A stretch of 64,000 nucleotides of DNA from Octopus sinensis. Lineage: Eukaryota. The translations under genes were made by a program, and so were the position numbers. Below the pieces are notes generated by a model, which was not told the DNA's origin, did no database searches, and saw only the letters and a program-made list of their open reading frames with translations. This document shows, piece by piece, positions 35,109 through 47,550 of this stretch. The first letter of the stretch is position 1; each line of letters opens with the position of its first letter. The stretch covers positions 12,586,001-12,650,000 of the forward strand of contig NC_043024.1 of NCBI RefSeq assembly GCF_006345805.1. The letters are read 5' to 3'.

Positions 35109-35174
35109 TGAGGACAACGATCACCTCAGTGTAGAAAGTATTGGGAAAAGATCGTTGAGGTTCCGTGATCTGAG
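35109..35174 (+). CDS. Possible 66-nt symmetric exon (xEDNDHLSVESIGKRSLRFRDLx)
   Basis: Acceptor GCTTTCTTCAG; donor GAG|GTGAGA; only the phase-2 frame is open. No partner exon established. Confidence 0.3.
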
Positions 35175-35654
35175 GTGAGAGATCAGCGACCTGAAATTCT
35201 TAGCAGGGATCTCGGCAAGCAGGATATATTAATCATTTGATAAATACTGGATTTCTGGACCCCACGCTGCCCTCATTCACTTTGACTACAGGCTTTGCAA
35301 AGTATGCAAGAATACGATAAAAATACGAATAAAAACTGGATGAATATTTCATCTATTATTCTTTAGTTTTCTCTTTCACTTTACACGTATCGCTTTCCAT
35401 GTATATATACATGTGTAAGTGTATGTGTATATATACGTGCATTTATTTTAAATAATCTGAATGTGACTTCGTAGTGTCGCCAAGGAAGGATTATCAAACG
35501 TTTTTATAGAGCTTCCTTGGAGAAACTTCGAAACTGCCACCAGCAATATTTAACAGAAATAAATATTTGAATCCATATTCTAGGTGTTCTTTTCTTTTAT
35601 CTGATGTTTGTTAGACTTTAATAACAAGTTGTTGCTAATAATGCTTTCTAACTT

Positions 35655-35860
35655 TGTCGCCAGGCCAGCAACTTTGAGGGGTGGCGGTGGGGGCAAGTCG
35701 ATTACATCGACCTCAGTGCTTGACTGGTTCTTAATTTATCAGTGCCGAAAGAATAAATGATAAAGTCGACTTGGATAGAATTTGAAATCGGAACGTGATG
35801 AGTCGAAAGAAAGGCTGTGAACCATCTTCGACCCTCCAACGACTCTACCAGCTCGCCGCG
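35655..35860 (-). mobile_element. SINE family C, diverged
   Basis: GTCGATTACATCGACC...ACCAGCTCGCCGC. Confidence 0.75.
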
Positions 35861-35887
35861 GAAATAATGATACTAATGATATGCAAG

Positions 35888-36138
35888 TGGAGATGCGTGG
35901 CTTAGTGGTTAGGATGTTGAACTCATGATCGTAAGGTTGTGGTTTCGATTCCTGGACCGGGCGATGCGTTGTGTTCTTGAGCAAAACACTTCATTTTTAC
36001 GTTGCTCCAGTCCACTCAGCTGGCAAAACTGAGTAATCCTGCGACGGACCGGCGTCTCATCCAAGGATGAGGGGATTTCTACATCACTGAAACAGGAAAC
36101 CGGCCCTTATGAGCTTGGCATGGCTCGAGAAGGAACAT
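35888..36138 (+). mobile_element. SINE head/body type D with tail T3
   Basis: A-box TGGCTTAGTGG, B-box GTTTCGATTCC; body TGTTCTTGAGCAAAACACTT...CTCCAGTCCACTCAGCTG. Confidence 0.85.
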
Positions 36139-36944
36139 TTATTATTTTTTAATGATATGCAAACTTCAGCTGAGCTTTGTAGAGTCCCAATAACTGTTGA
36201 GGAAGAAGTATTTTCTGGCCTTTAAGAGACGGACCAGTCGTGGGGCGATGGGCCAGCTTCTATGTAACAGGGAGACCCAAGCTTTGGAAGATTTTGAGGA
36301 CTGTATTTGTGCACGGTTTATGAATAGGGGTGGGGTGGTTATAATGCTTTCATGATACGAGTAATATTGGAGAAGAGAAATTTGGTATAACCACTCTTTG
36401 AGGATACCCTCGGGGTATCTGATCGCGAACTCCTTGAGTGTGTAATTTCTGAAGGACATGAGAGTGGGCGTTGTGGTGACACTGGGGGAAGTAAGTCGAT
36501 GATGTAACGGAAGAAGACAACAGTACAGGATAGAACCAAACAGCAAAACACGTCGGAGATGATAAGGTCAGTGATAAAAATAATAAATGTCCGTCAACGT
36601 GCACTCATAGGGTGCGCTCTGGTAGGAAGCTAACGGGGAGATGAAGGACGAGAGGAATTCATTGTCAGGTACACGCGCGTGCGCACACACAGCTATACCT
36701 CCCTCCAGACGGACTCCAACACACACACAGTCTTCACTTACGTTATCAGATAAGACACTTGAGACACCGAGAGAACCGAGAGAACCAAAAGAGAGAGAGA
36801 GAGAGAGAAATACGGGAGGGGAGACAGAGTGAAAGAGAAGGGGAGCATGGAAGAATAATCTCAGAATAAATTATTATATTCTACCAATGTATTGAATGGA
36901 TTTTCTCTTTGCAAATCCAAGTTTGCATGCGAGAATACATACTC

Positions 36945-37470
36945 GAAACATACATGCATGAATACAAACATACATACATACATACATACATGCATGCATA
37001 CACACACACACGTACGTACGTACATACATACATACATACATACATACTACTACATACATACATACATACATACATACATCATACATACATACATACATCC
37101 ATACATACATACATACATACATACTACATACATACATACATACATACATACAACATACATACCTACATACATACATACATACAGACATACATACATACAT
37201 ACAACATACATACATACATACATACCACACATACATATATACATACATACACACACACGTAAGTATACAATACTACAACGCATAAGAATACGTACAAACA
37301 TACATACATACATACATACATACATACATTCATACATGAATACATACATACGTACATTTATACATACATACATACATACACACATACATATATACATACA
37401 TACACACAGTAATATATCCTACATACATACATACATACGTACATACATATATACATACATACACATAAAT
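36945..37470. repeat. (CATA)n array
   Basis: Direct observation. Confidence 0.95.
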
Positions 37471-37910
37471 TTCATATCGTGCAATGTAAACACTGGTCAA
37501 GAAACCTTATGTAGACATTACATTTGATTAAGCATGACCTGAACACCAAATGAGGTTTGTCCAACTCCTTCGACGCCAAACGCTCAATGCCCTCCTTCAG
37601 CCAAACGACGCCTATTCAAACGCTTTGCCAACAAACTGTCAGGGGATCTAACAACAACAATTACTGTGGCTGTAATAAAAAATGATATTCTACGAGTTGG
37701 CAGATCAAGGAGTATAAACATTAGAAGGGGGTTGTCTATGATGGCTTTCAAGAGAAGAGTTTTGATTTTTAAACTTACGCCTTAAGACAGACAACATCTA
37801 TTTCGTATAAATGATAAAAAAAGATCCCCCAAGTCTAACTGTTTTTAACGAAAGCAAGGACGAATGTAAAAAAAAATCACCTCATAATGGCAAATTAACG
37901 CTTGTTTACT

Positions 37911-38220
37911 TGCTTAATGGTTAGGGGCATTCAGCTCATGTTTGTAAGGTCGCGAGTTCAATTCCAGGTGATGCGTTTTGTCCTTGAGCAAGACACTTTA
38001 TTTCACATTGCTCCAGTCCACTCAGCTGGCAAAAGTGAGTCGTACCTGTTTTTCAAAGGATCAGCCTTGTCACACTGTATCACGCTGAATCTCCCCGAGA
38101 ACTACGTTAAGGGTACACGTGTTTGTGGAGTGCTCAGCCATTTGCTCGTCAATTTCACAAGCAAGCTGTTCCGTTGCGTATCAGTTGGAGCCCTCGTCGT
38201 CGTAACCGACGGAGTGCTCC
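37911..38220 (+). mobile_element. Mosaic SINE: type D head/body joined to family B tail T1
   Basis: The 5' part matches 35888; from GTACCTGT onward it matches 25974-26150. Confidence 0.85.
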
Positions 38221-40015
38221 TATACTATGTCGTCTCAACAGTTACAAAACAGTTTCTTGGAAATACTAAAATATCACAGAATGGTAAAACAATGAAAGAA
38301 CTGAACTGCCATTGTGGATTTGGAAAAGGAAAAAAAAAATCTCTTTGATCGACAGAGAGCTGTCAATCATGTCGTGTTGCCTATGAAATGTAAATAGATT
38401 AATGATATACTTTGCACCAACGAAGTGTGAAAAATAGAATAGAAACAATGTTTGGAAACAGTAAAAACGAGAATAGTTGAATCATGGGTTGGTTATCGTT
38501 AAGGAAGAGCTAAAAACCGTCAGTGAAAAAATTCCGGCATCAGAAAAGGGTAACTGTATGGAAAGAATATAAAGAAATTTCATCAAAACTAATCAACAGT
38601 TTACAGAAGTATGAAGGGAAACTCAATAATTGTCATAATTTTTAGGAAGATTCTGGAGAGAGGTAAAAAAATTTAAGTTGAGAACAGAGTGGCAACACGA
38701 AATCAAAAGCAAACGTTGTCTCTGTATTAAGCCGCATCAATGTTGAGTTCTTTGAGTTCTGTGATACAAAGACTTGAGATTACAGAGTAGAAGAGAAAAC
38801 CTTGATTGCCCGACACTGGTAAAAAAAATAAATTAAAAAAAATGAGCGTTTTTCGGAGAAATCTTTCTGAACCATACCACTAAGTTCTCAGTGGAAATAT
38901 AAATATACTGGACTGTTTGGCAGAAATATTGCCGCTCGCACGGCGAAAAAACCAAAGGTAAATTGCGTGTCGGATGTTTGAGTATAATACAGACTGTTCG
39001 ATCTTGTACCTTTCAGTTCATAGTTAGGTGTGTGTGCGTGTTGCTGCATTCACAGTTTTGTCGATATAGTTCTGGGTCCTCCCAGGCAACACGTGATGAT
39101 ATTATTTCTATCACAGGGATAATAATAAAATCACAGCCGAACAAGCAGCTGAGAAGAAAGGAGTTTGGGGATGGAGAGAGTAACTTTTGATTAACAAAAC
39201 TGTAACGGTAGAGGTATAACAGGTAAACGAGGAAGTTTCTCGCAGTCTGACTGGATTATAAGAATTGCATTTAGTTGTGTTCCTTACTCCATGTTTAATC
39301 CAGCTTCGCCAAATAACCAGATACCATCATCAAGGCTGTAGAAAACTTGACGTTGGTCTGTGCCTTATTCTGAGGTAAAATGATGCGACTCTTTGATCAC
39401 CGAGAGAATACAGTTTCGCAACGATGTATTTCGAGGCGACTGGCACTTCTTCGATGCCTTTGGTACTTCCAGTAAACTTCTTATCCATTTTGTTGAGGAA
39501 ACATTGAAATGTATGCAAGAAAAGCGAAACCCTAAAACAACGCATAAGAGACGAACATATGGATGGTATGAAGAAGATCCTCGGCCTAGTTACGGCAGTA
39601 CACACACACACACACACACATACGCGAGCACACACATGTACATGCACACACTTATATACACATACATACACGCATCAGTAATCCAGCATTAATAAAGGAA
39701 GATGTTTTACTGAGCCGAAACATCTAACCACGTTGTAGGAGAGCAACGAATACTGTATACATACACACATACATACATACACACATGCTCATAAATACAT
39801 ACATACATACACACACACATATATATATATATATGCGCAAGAGTGTATGTGTTTAATATTGAATTGTATTTTATTGTGGATTTTGTTTTGGACAGGAACT
39901 GCTTTCTCTTTCATCCCCCTCCCTCTCTGTCTCACTCTCTTCGCATACACCTATCTATCAGCATGAGATATATCCAATTATCTCTCTCTCTCTCTCTATA
40001 TCTCTCTATATATAT

Positions 40016-40106
<91 letters not shown>

Positions 40107-40722
40107 GAATTATTACATATGTATAACTTATGTGTTTCACATAAAGGTCTATAAACTTACACACACACATACATACATAGATACATAAACACATACATAC
40201 GTACCTACAGACATAAATACGTTAACACAAACAGACATACATACATGCACACATACATACATACACACATACATACATACATGCGTACATACACACATAC
40301 ATACATTAACACTTACATTCACACAGATACGCACACACATACATACATACATACATACACACGTACATACATACATACACACAAACATACACACGTATAC
40401 ATACACATGTATATATATATATATGTGGACGCATTCCATTATATATTCTTCGCTTCACATCGTGTTGATGTTCCTCTTAATACCGAAGAAGCGAATCACC
40501 AGGAAGTTCTCTGTGGTTCCAAAGAGCCAGGGTGTTTTTTTGGTTAATGCAGGAACAGAGATGGCAGCGATGCTTTCGACTATTTTTAACGTCTTTTATT
40601 TCCTGCCTCCAACTTCTAAAATATCAACAGATGCAATATGGCAGTGTTACTGCATTAGGTTAGAATTACACACAGGAACACACCCTCCCATTCTCTACCC
40701 CACTCTCCTCCCTCTGCGTATA

Positions 40723-40757
<35 letters not shown>

Positions 40758-40983
40758 ATATATGCATGAGTCTGTGTGTTGCGTGTGTTAGATACATAGA
40801 TAAAGAGATCTATATTAAGAAGCGCTATTTCAGATTTACTATCTTTCGATCCACTTTCATTCCACACACAAACACACACACACACACACAGACACTTGTA
40901 AACAGATATAGATTCACAAATACGCACACTCACATATATATGTGAGGTGAATGTATACATAAATGAATACATATATATATATA

Positions 40984-41210
40984 TACTCTTTTACTCTTTT
41001 TACTTGTTTCAGTCATTTGACTGTGGCCATGCTGGAGCACCACCTTTAATCGAGTAACTCGACCCCGAGACTTATTTTTTTTTGTAAGCCCAGTACTTAT
41101 TCTATCGGTCTGTTTTGCCGAACCGCTAAGTAACGGGGACATAAACACACCAGCATCGGTTGTCAAGCAATGCTAGGGGGACAAACACAGACACACAAAC
41201 ACACACACGC

Positions 41211-41241
<31 letters not shown>

Positions 41242-41324
41242 TACGACGGGCTTCTTTCAATTTCCGTCTACCAAATCCACTCACAAGGCTTTGGTCGGCC
41301 CGAGGCTATAGTAGAAGACACTTG
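40984..41324 (-). mobile_element. SINE family A with the head truncated
   Basis: Near-identical to 575-932; interrupted after AGAAGACACTTG. Confidence 0.9.
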
Positions 41325-41554
41325 TTCTTTCTCTTATACTTTTACCTCTTTTTCTCCAACTATTCTATCCTATTACTCTGTGACTTTCTCTCCCTCACTA
41401 CTCCTCTCCTGCTCACGTGGCTCCCACATGACCATCAGCCATCTTTCTTTCTTTCTCTCCCTTGTAACTCGAACAAGGAAGACGTATTCTTGTTTGTCGC
41501 CTTTCTACGCTTGATTTACGTGTTCACCCTTCCTGTTTTTTTCCCTGTCCAGTT

Positions 41555-41830
41555 TGTGTTACCTATTTTGACCCTCCGCAAAATCCGAAATTTTATTTAA
41601 TTTGCTTTGTGGGAGCAGCTGTTTTTTCGAAAGAGTATATTGTTGTTAAATGCTCGAAATACAAGACTAGAAAAACAGCCAAAAACTGATGAAGGGTCGT
41701 TCTTTATGTTGCTTGTTTTGTTTTCAATTTGTGTCTTTCGTTGTACGAACGAATAATTCATGTTCCATGTATTCGTACTTGGTAGTTTTTGTTGTACACG
41801 TTTCATGACGTCTTCCTGTACTCACATATG
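41555..41830 (+). mobile_element. Unclassified repeat family Z
   Basis: Homologous to 18975-19250 on the minus strand. Confidence 0.65.
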
Positions 41831-41924
41831 CATAACACTGAAGCAAAATAACACCAAATATATAGTGCGTGTGTTTTTATTGGCTAAACTGGCAATATGA
41901 CCATTCCGAAATATAACAATATAT

Positions 41925-42443
41925 ATATATATATTATTTATATATATATATGGAATATATACATATATATATATATATATACATATATAGAATATACATA
42001 TATAGAACATATATATATATATATATAGAATATACATATATAGAACATATATATATATAGAATATATATAAGTATATACATATATAGAACATATATATAT
42101 ATAGAATATATATAAGTATATACATATATAGAACATATATATATATATATAGAATATATATATATAGAACATATATATATATATATAGAATATATATAAG
42201 TATATACATATATAGAACATATATATAGATATAACATATATATACATATACAGAATATATATAAGTATATACATATATAGAACATATATGTATATATATA
42301 TATATATATATAGAATACATATAAGTATATACATATATAGAACATATATATGTATATATATATATATATTATATATATATTATATATATATATATAGAAT
42401 ACATATAAGATATAACATATATAGAACATATATATGTAATATA

Positions 42444-42475
<32 letters not shown>

Positions 42476-42597
42476 ATACAGATAAGTATATAATATATAG
42501 AACAGATTATATATATATATATATAGAATACATATATATAACATATAGATATATATATATATATATATAGAATACATATAAGTATATACATATATAG

Positions 42598-42632
<35 letters not shown>
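41925..42632. repeat. (TA)-derived higher-order minisatellite, unit AGAATATATATAAGTATATACATATATAGAAC+(AT)n
   Basis: At least six recognisable units (near 42060, 42103, 42187, 42252, 42312, 42569). Confidence 0.9.
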
Positions 42633-42637
<5 letters not shown>

Positions 42638-42761
42638 CACAAACACGCACGCACACACACACATAGTAATAGCAGTAACAAACTAAAGAACACAATACTA
42701 AGCCCTCAATACCGCAATATATGTACATATGTAGTTATATTGCGGTATTGAGTTGTCCAAT

Positions 42762-42822
42762 AATACTATATTTGTTCCACGTCCTCGAGTTGTTGTGTTT
42801 TTTTGTGCTTTCTTGTTTGGAT

Positions 42823-42827
<5 letters not shown>
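42762..42827 (+). mobile_element. 3' tail fragment of HHR element family X
   Basis: Reverse complement of 62537-62603; ends at (TA)n. Confidence 0.8.
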
Positions 42828-42857
<30 letters not shown>

Positions 42858-43207
42858 TGGTGTGTGTGTGTGTGTGTGTGTGTTTTATTTCGAGGTGGTC
42901 ATTTTTTTCTTGCTAAATAAACACACGCAGTATATATTCGTTATTCACTTCATTACTGTTTTTAATTTTGGGTTGATTGGAAATGTTTCTTCACACACCT
43001 GTGACCTCTTCAGCGACTTTTCATCCCACGTCTTTCCTCCTATTCCTTTTATTCCATTCTACACACACACACACACACACAACACACACACACACACACA
43101 CACGAATATAATGTAATTTTTAAAAGAGAAATTTCTACTAAAACTTTTTTCTCTTTACGCAGTGAATATCTTCTGATCAGAGCGAAGTTTCTTACACCCG
43201 TCCTCAC

Positions 43208-43265
43208 GTCGATCCAGATGATTGCACAACGTGTCGATCCAGATGATTGCACAACGTGTCGATCC
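43208..43265. repeat. 25-bp tandem repeat x2.3 (GTCGATCCAGATGATTGCACAACGT)
   Basis: Direct observation. Confidence 0.95.
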
Positions 43266-43952
43266 GCCCCATTTGCTCTTATTGTATCTTCTTTCTCTTT
43301 GTTTAATGGCTTCTTTAAAGTCACTTGATAAGTACTTTACCACACTATTAAATGCTAAACTATTCACTCCTTATTGTTAACTGTTCCTTCATTACCGGAT
43401 GCTGTCGAAATTCTCTTGTTCAAATTACTGCTTACATTTCGAACAATGGCTGCTAGTTTCATCTGTTGTCTATATATAATACTAAATTGTTGTTATTAGG
43501 CTTCATGTACGTTTGAAATTTTCCACTGTTAAAGCCGAGCGTTACCTTTAAAAACGTTAACTATTTCTGGCTAGTACGTACTGTAATTTTTAGATTCAAA
43601 TAATGGAATGCTTTTATTAGTTACTCGTACATATTTCAGGATATCAATAGAACAACATGGCTATGAAGTTGTCCATTAATGGTGTTGAAACTATGGGGAA
43701 TTATGTCTAAAATATATGTTCCACTGAAGTTGATCTCCGTTCTCATGTTTACGTCAAAGAGAATTGAATACGCTTTCTACAGCTATATTCTACTTGATTG
43801 TAATATATATTTAAACTTAATAACAAATCCTTTCTTTATTGGCTAAAGTGACCTCTACATCCACCACACAACGTGACAAACAAAAGAGAAGTACAACGCA
43901 TGTGGCGATGTAAATATTTAATACATACATATGAATGTATGTGTATATATAT

Positions 43953-44001
<49 letters not shown>

Positions 44002-44289
44002 AATGGATGATGTCGAAAAACGTAGTGCGCTATAATACAAGAGACAGGGCAAAAATTTGACTCCCTAAAAATAGAAATGCGGGCTACCCACGTAGGTAGG
44101 GGTGAAATGCTATCTTCCAAACTACACAAAATGTTTGACCATCGTCCGATTCGACCATCTACAAACTGAGTATTCCGAAACTGTCCTTGAATAATTTCGG
44201 CGTTAGGTGGGTCTTAAAAGGTCATATCTTCTTGACCGCAATCGCAAGTCCATTGAGAAACCATTGGTCTTTAAACAACTATGTATGTT

Positions 44290-44620
44290 AGGGGATGGTT
44301 GCTAACTAGCTCAGATACCAGGAAACCCCCAAAACGACAGAAATTCAAAAGATAGTGCTCATGTGAACTGCCAATATCCTACGTAAAATACTGTCTATGT
44401 AATTTCGAATTTGAAAACAAGCATAATTTCCTTATGGTTTCTTAAACATTCTCTAGAAGAATTCTATGTGCAAAACCAAATATATGGCACCCTAGGCATA
44501 ACACCAACTTGAACATCTAACTTGTTGTCTCTTGAGGTCTCTGGGTGAGACTTGGAGCCAACTTGTACAAATGCAAAGCAAAAGTCAAACATATAATGAT
44601 GATAATAATAATAATAACTC
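44290..44620 (+). mobile_element. 3' end of an R4/Dong-like REL LINE with (TAA)n tail
   Basis: LAQIPGNP / EIQKIVLM*TANILRKILSM* C-terminus, then 3' UTR and ATAATAATAATAAT. Confidence 0.7.
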
Positions 44621-44876
44621 ACATATTAACTGACAGAATATAAGCTTTTCTTGAACCGAGATCTATTCTTTCACAAGCTCAAAAAGGCTGTAAAAGTAAT
44701 TCTTACGGGTGCAAAGATTAATTACTCGTAAATAGGCCTACATGTCTGAGGGGCAAGGGTTAGTTGATTACAGCAACCCTTGGACCCAAGAGCGAGGGAT
44801 TGGAACTCACATTAGAATGAATCTAAAGAGATTCGGTTTTGTATTTTTCCCGAATCTCCAACGATTCTACAAGCTC

Positions 44877-44935
<59 letters not shown>

Positions 44936-45352
44936 TTAAAAAATAAATTGAAGCAAAGAAAATATAATATAAATTTCCTTTAGTCTTCAATTCTTTATTC
45001 TTTAACTTCCAAGAACATTTTTCTTTGGAATCAAACATTCTGGAATAAAACTAATACTACAAATAAAAAAAACAAAAAACAAAGCAAAACAATTGTAAAA
45101 GTCAAATATTGGTTTGTTTCTGTCTCCTTTTCTTTGCTCACTTTTTTTTGTTTTATTTCGTGTATTTATTTGTTGTTGTTGGTGTTTGTGTGGAGTTAGT
45201 TTACTTTTTGTCTTTTGTTAATCTTTTCGAAATTTCAAATATTTTCATGAACTGGAAACATAGAAGTGAAAATGAAGGAATCTGAAATCTCATTTTAAAT
45301 GCGAACCAGAATTTATTATTATAAAAAATAAAATAATAGTAACAACAAAATG

Positions 45353-45404
<52 letters not shown>

Positions 45405-46394
45405 TAATATTAATAATAATAATAAATTTTTCTTTGAATTTCGTTTGGGGGAAATCAAATTTCAATAACAGCGGTTTAAATTAAATTTTACTTTATGATT
45501 CTTCTAATTGATATTTTTCAATGGTTTTGTGAGAGAAAGAGGGACAACATGCATGGCCCTTAATCAGTATCTCCGAGTCTGTTGAAAGGAAGAGAGCGTT
45601 CTTTAGATGATCGGAAACCTGGTTCGAATACTCATGACAGCGAAGACTCCATTAAAGGCACTCAACCGCGGTCGGGTTTTGAGCAAAGTAATGCTTTAAG
45701 TCTAGTGCCATCCTAGAAGGCAGGAACGGTCGCAACATTGACGGGGTTACTTTTGTACAGTTTCTTCTTAAATTTCGTACAAGGCTTTACTTGCCCCGAA
45801 GCTACACCTAAAGGGCCACGCAAAAGAAGAAAATAGGGCATCGAAAGGAAAACTGGTACAAAGATACTGATACAAACACTAAGATGAGAAAATTGGAAAG
45901 AATAAAAAGTCTCTGAAGAGGGAGGGAGGGAAGACAGTGGCAAAAAGATTCCGGTTCTTTAACGGCAGAAATGCGATCGGAACGACTTGACATGTTCCAC
46001 TGATTACTAATTATAATCATTTGTGAAATTTCCATTGCAATGACTAAATGAAGGGATGGTCATATCTAGATTGATTTCTTTAATAGGTATGCCAGGAGAA
46101 GCTAGAACAGCAACTTCAACGCAAACACCAACACGAGCCAACATAAGAGCCTTACATAGTTTCTCGATTTTCTAGAATTAGCAGCTTAAGGTATCATCTT
46201 TTACTCTTTTAATAGTTTCAGTCACGGGACTGTGGCCATGCTGGAGTTCTGCCTTCGCAGTTTCTTTTTAAATCTGTTGCTGATTTCATACAAACGTACG
46301 GAAAGGCAGTCGTGAAAGAACTTCACACGCCAAGGTATTTCTGCTCGACACACTGAGGTTTGTTATTTAAAGTTAATATACACAGAGAACAAAC

Positions 46395-46690
46395 CGACAA
46401 ATTTGCATAAAAACCTAAAAATACTCGGCTTCTATGGAAAAAGAGCAAAAGAAACTGAAGCGGATTCTCCACATCCAATCTATTAGAGACACACAGAAGA
46501 ATGGTAAGACATACCAAGAATTCTCCATCTGAGGTTCTTATATGAACAGATGCAGACACTCGGGTGTCTGCATCGATAGTTCAACCAACTCAACCACATA
46601 TTTACAAACACCGGGAAATCTCTTAACACAAGAAGTCTTGTCGCTTTGTTAGCGACCGGATTGAACTCGCTCAAAAACTTAAACTTAAAA
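46395..46690 (+). mobile_element. Decayed 3' end of an REL LINE related to the 7.2-7.6 kb element
   Basis: NLKILGF / EKEQKKLKRILHIQSIRDTQKNGKTYQEFSI* aligns with NLEKLGF / RKLIRRLQIQSISGTVKLCKTFQKFII*. Confidence 0.6.
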
Positions 46691-46764
46691 GGAAAAATCA
46701 TACATAGACATACTCACACCCACCCACACACACACGCACACACACAAACATATATATATATATA

Positions 46765-46796
<32 letters not shown>

Positions 46797-46912
46797 AAAC
46801 ATACATATATATACATAATACATACATATATATACATACATAATACATACACACACACATATATATATAATACATATATATGCATAATAAATATATACAT
46901 ATATATGCATAA

Positions 46913-46950
<38 letters not shown>

Positions 46951-47099
46951 CATACATACACATATACATACATATATATATACATACATACATATATACA
47001 TACATACATATATATATATATATACATACATATACATAGATATATACATACATACATATATACATACATACACACATATATACATGTGTGTGCGCGAGT

Positions 47100-47222
47100 A
47101 GACGTGGTTTAGTGGTAAAATTGTTGGACTCATGATTGTAAGATCGTTGTTTCGATTCCAGGAGCAGGTGATGCGTTCTCGAGCAAAACATTCAATTTCA
47201 TGTTGTCCAGATCACTCAGGAG
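47100..47222 (+). mobile_element. SINE type D head, diverged
   Basis: GTGGTTTAGTGG...GTTTCGATTCCAGG...GAGCAAAACA. Confidence 0.7.
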
Positions 47223-47384
47223 ACAAAAATTACATATTCCAGTGGAAGAGCTGCATCCCATCCAGTGGAGAGTATTACTCCACTGAATCCGGAAAGGATT
47301 CCCTAAGAAGTCTACATGACTTGGGAAGGTGCTTTATATATATATATATATATACACATATTTGGAGTTCAAATTTACAGAAAG

Positions 47385-47550
47385 CAAAAGACAAAGACAA
47401 GCAAAGGAACAAGAAGCAGGTGTATTTGTTTAACGCTCTGGAAGAACAGAAAAGTCTTTGACGTTTCGAACCTAGACTCTTCGACAAAAAGCGGAGAGGG
47501 AACGAAAGGAACGGGGAGAGAAAAAAATGTAGGGTTTAACGGTTCAGGCT
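47385..47550 (-). mobile_element. Short Penelope-like element (family Y) with a variant hammerhead at 47456-47491
   Basis: CUUU UUGUCGA A GAGU-CUAG-GUUC GAAA CG UC AAAG. Confidence 0.6.

Noticed and set aside
36166-36604. Minus-strand ORFs that look like a decayed retroelement ORF1
   Set aside because: No diagnostic motif that I can name; needs a Dfam/Repbase search.
41610-41700. Hammerhead in family Z (GCTGTTTT...AAAACAGC stem; CTGATGAAGGG at 41686; homologue near 19120-19190)
   Set aside because: The candidate core between the stems is not CUGANGA in either copy, and the CTGATGA has no downstream stem II or GAAA; no consistent type I, II or III fold.
43208-43265. CRISPR-like direct repeats (also the 350-bp duplication and the minisatellites)
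   Set aside because: The repeats are contiguous with no unique spacers, there are no cas genes and the context is eukaryotic.
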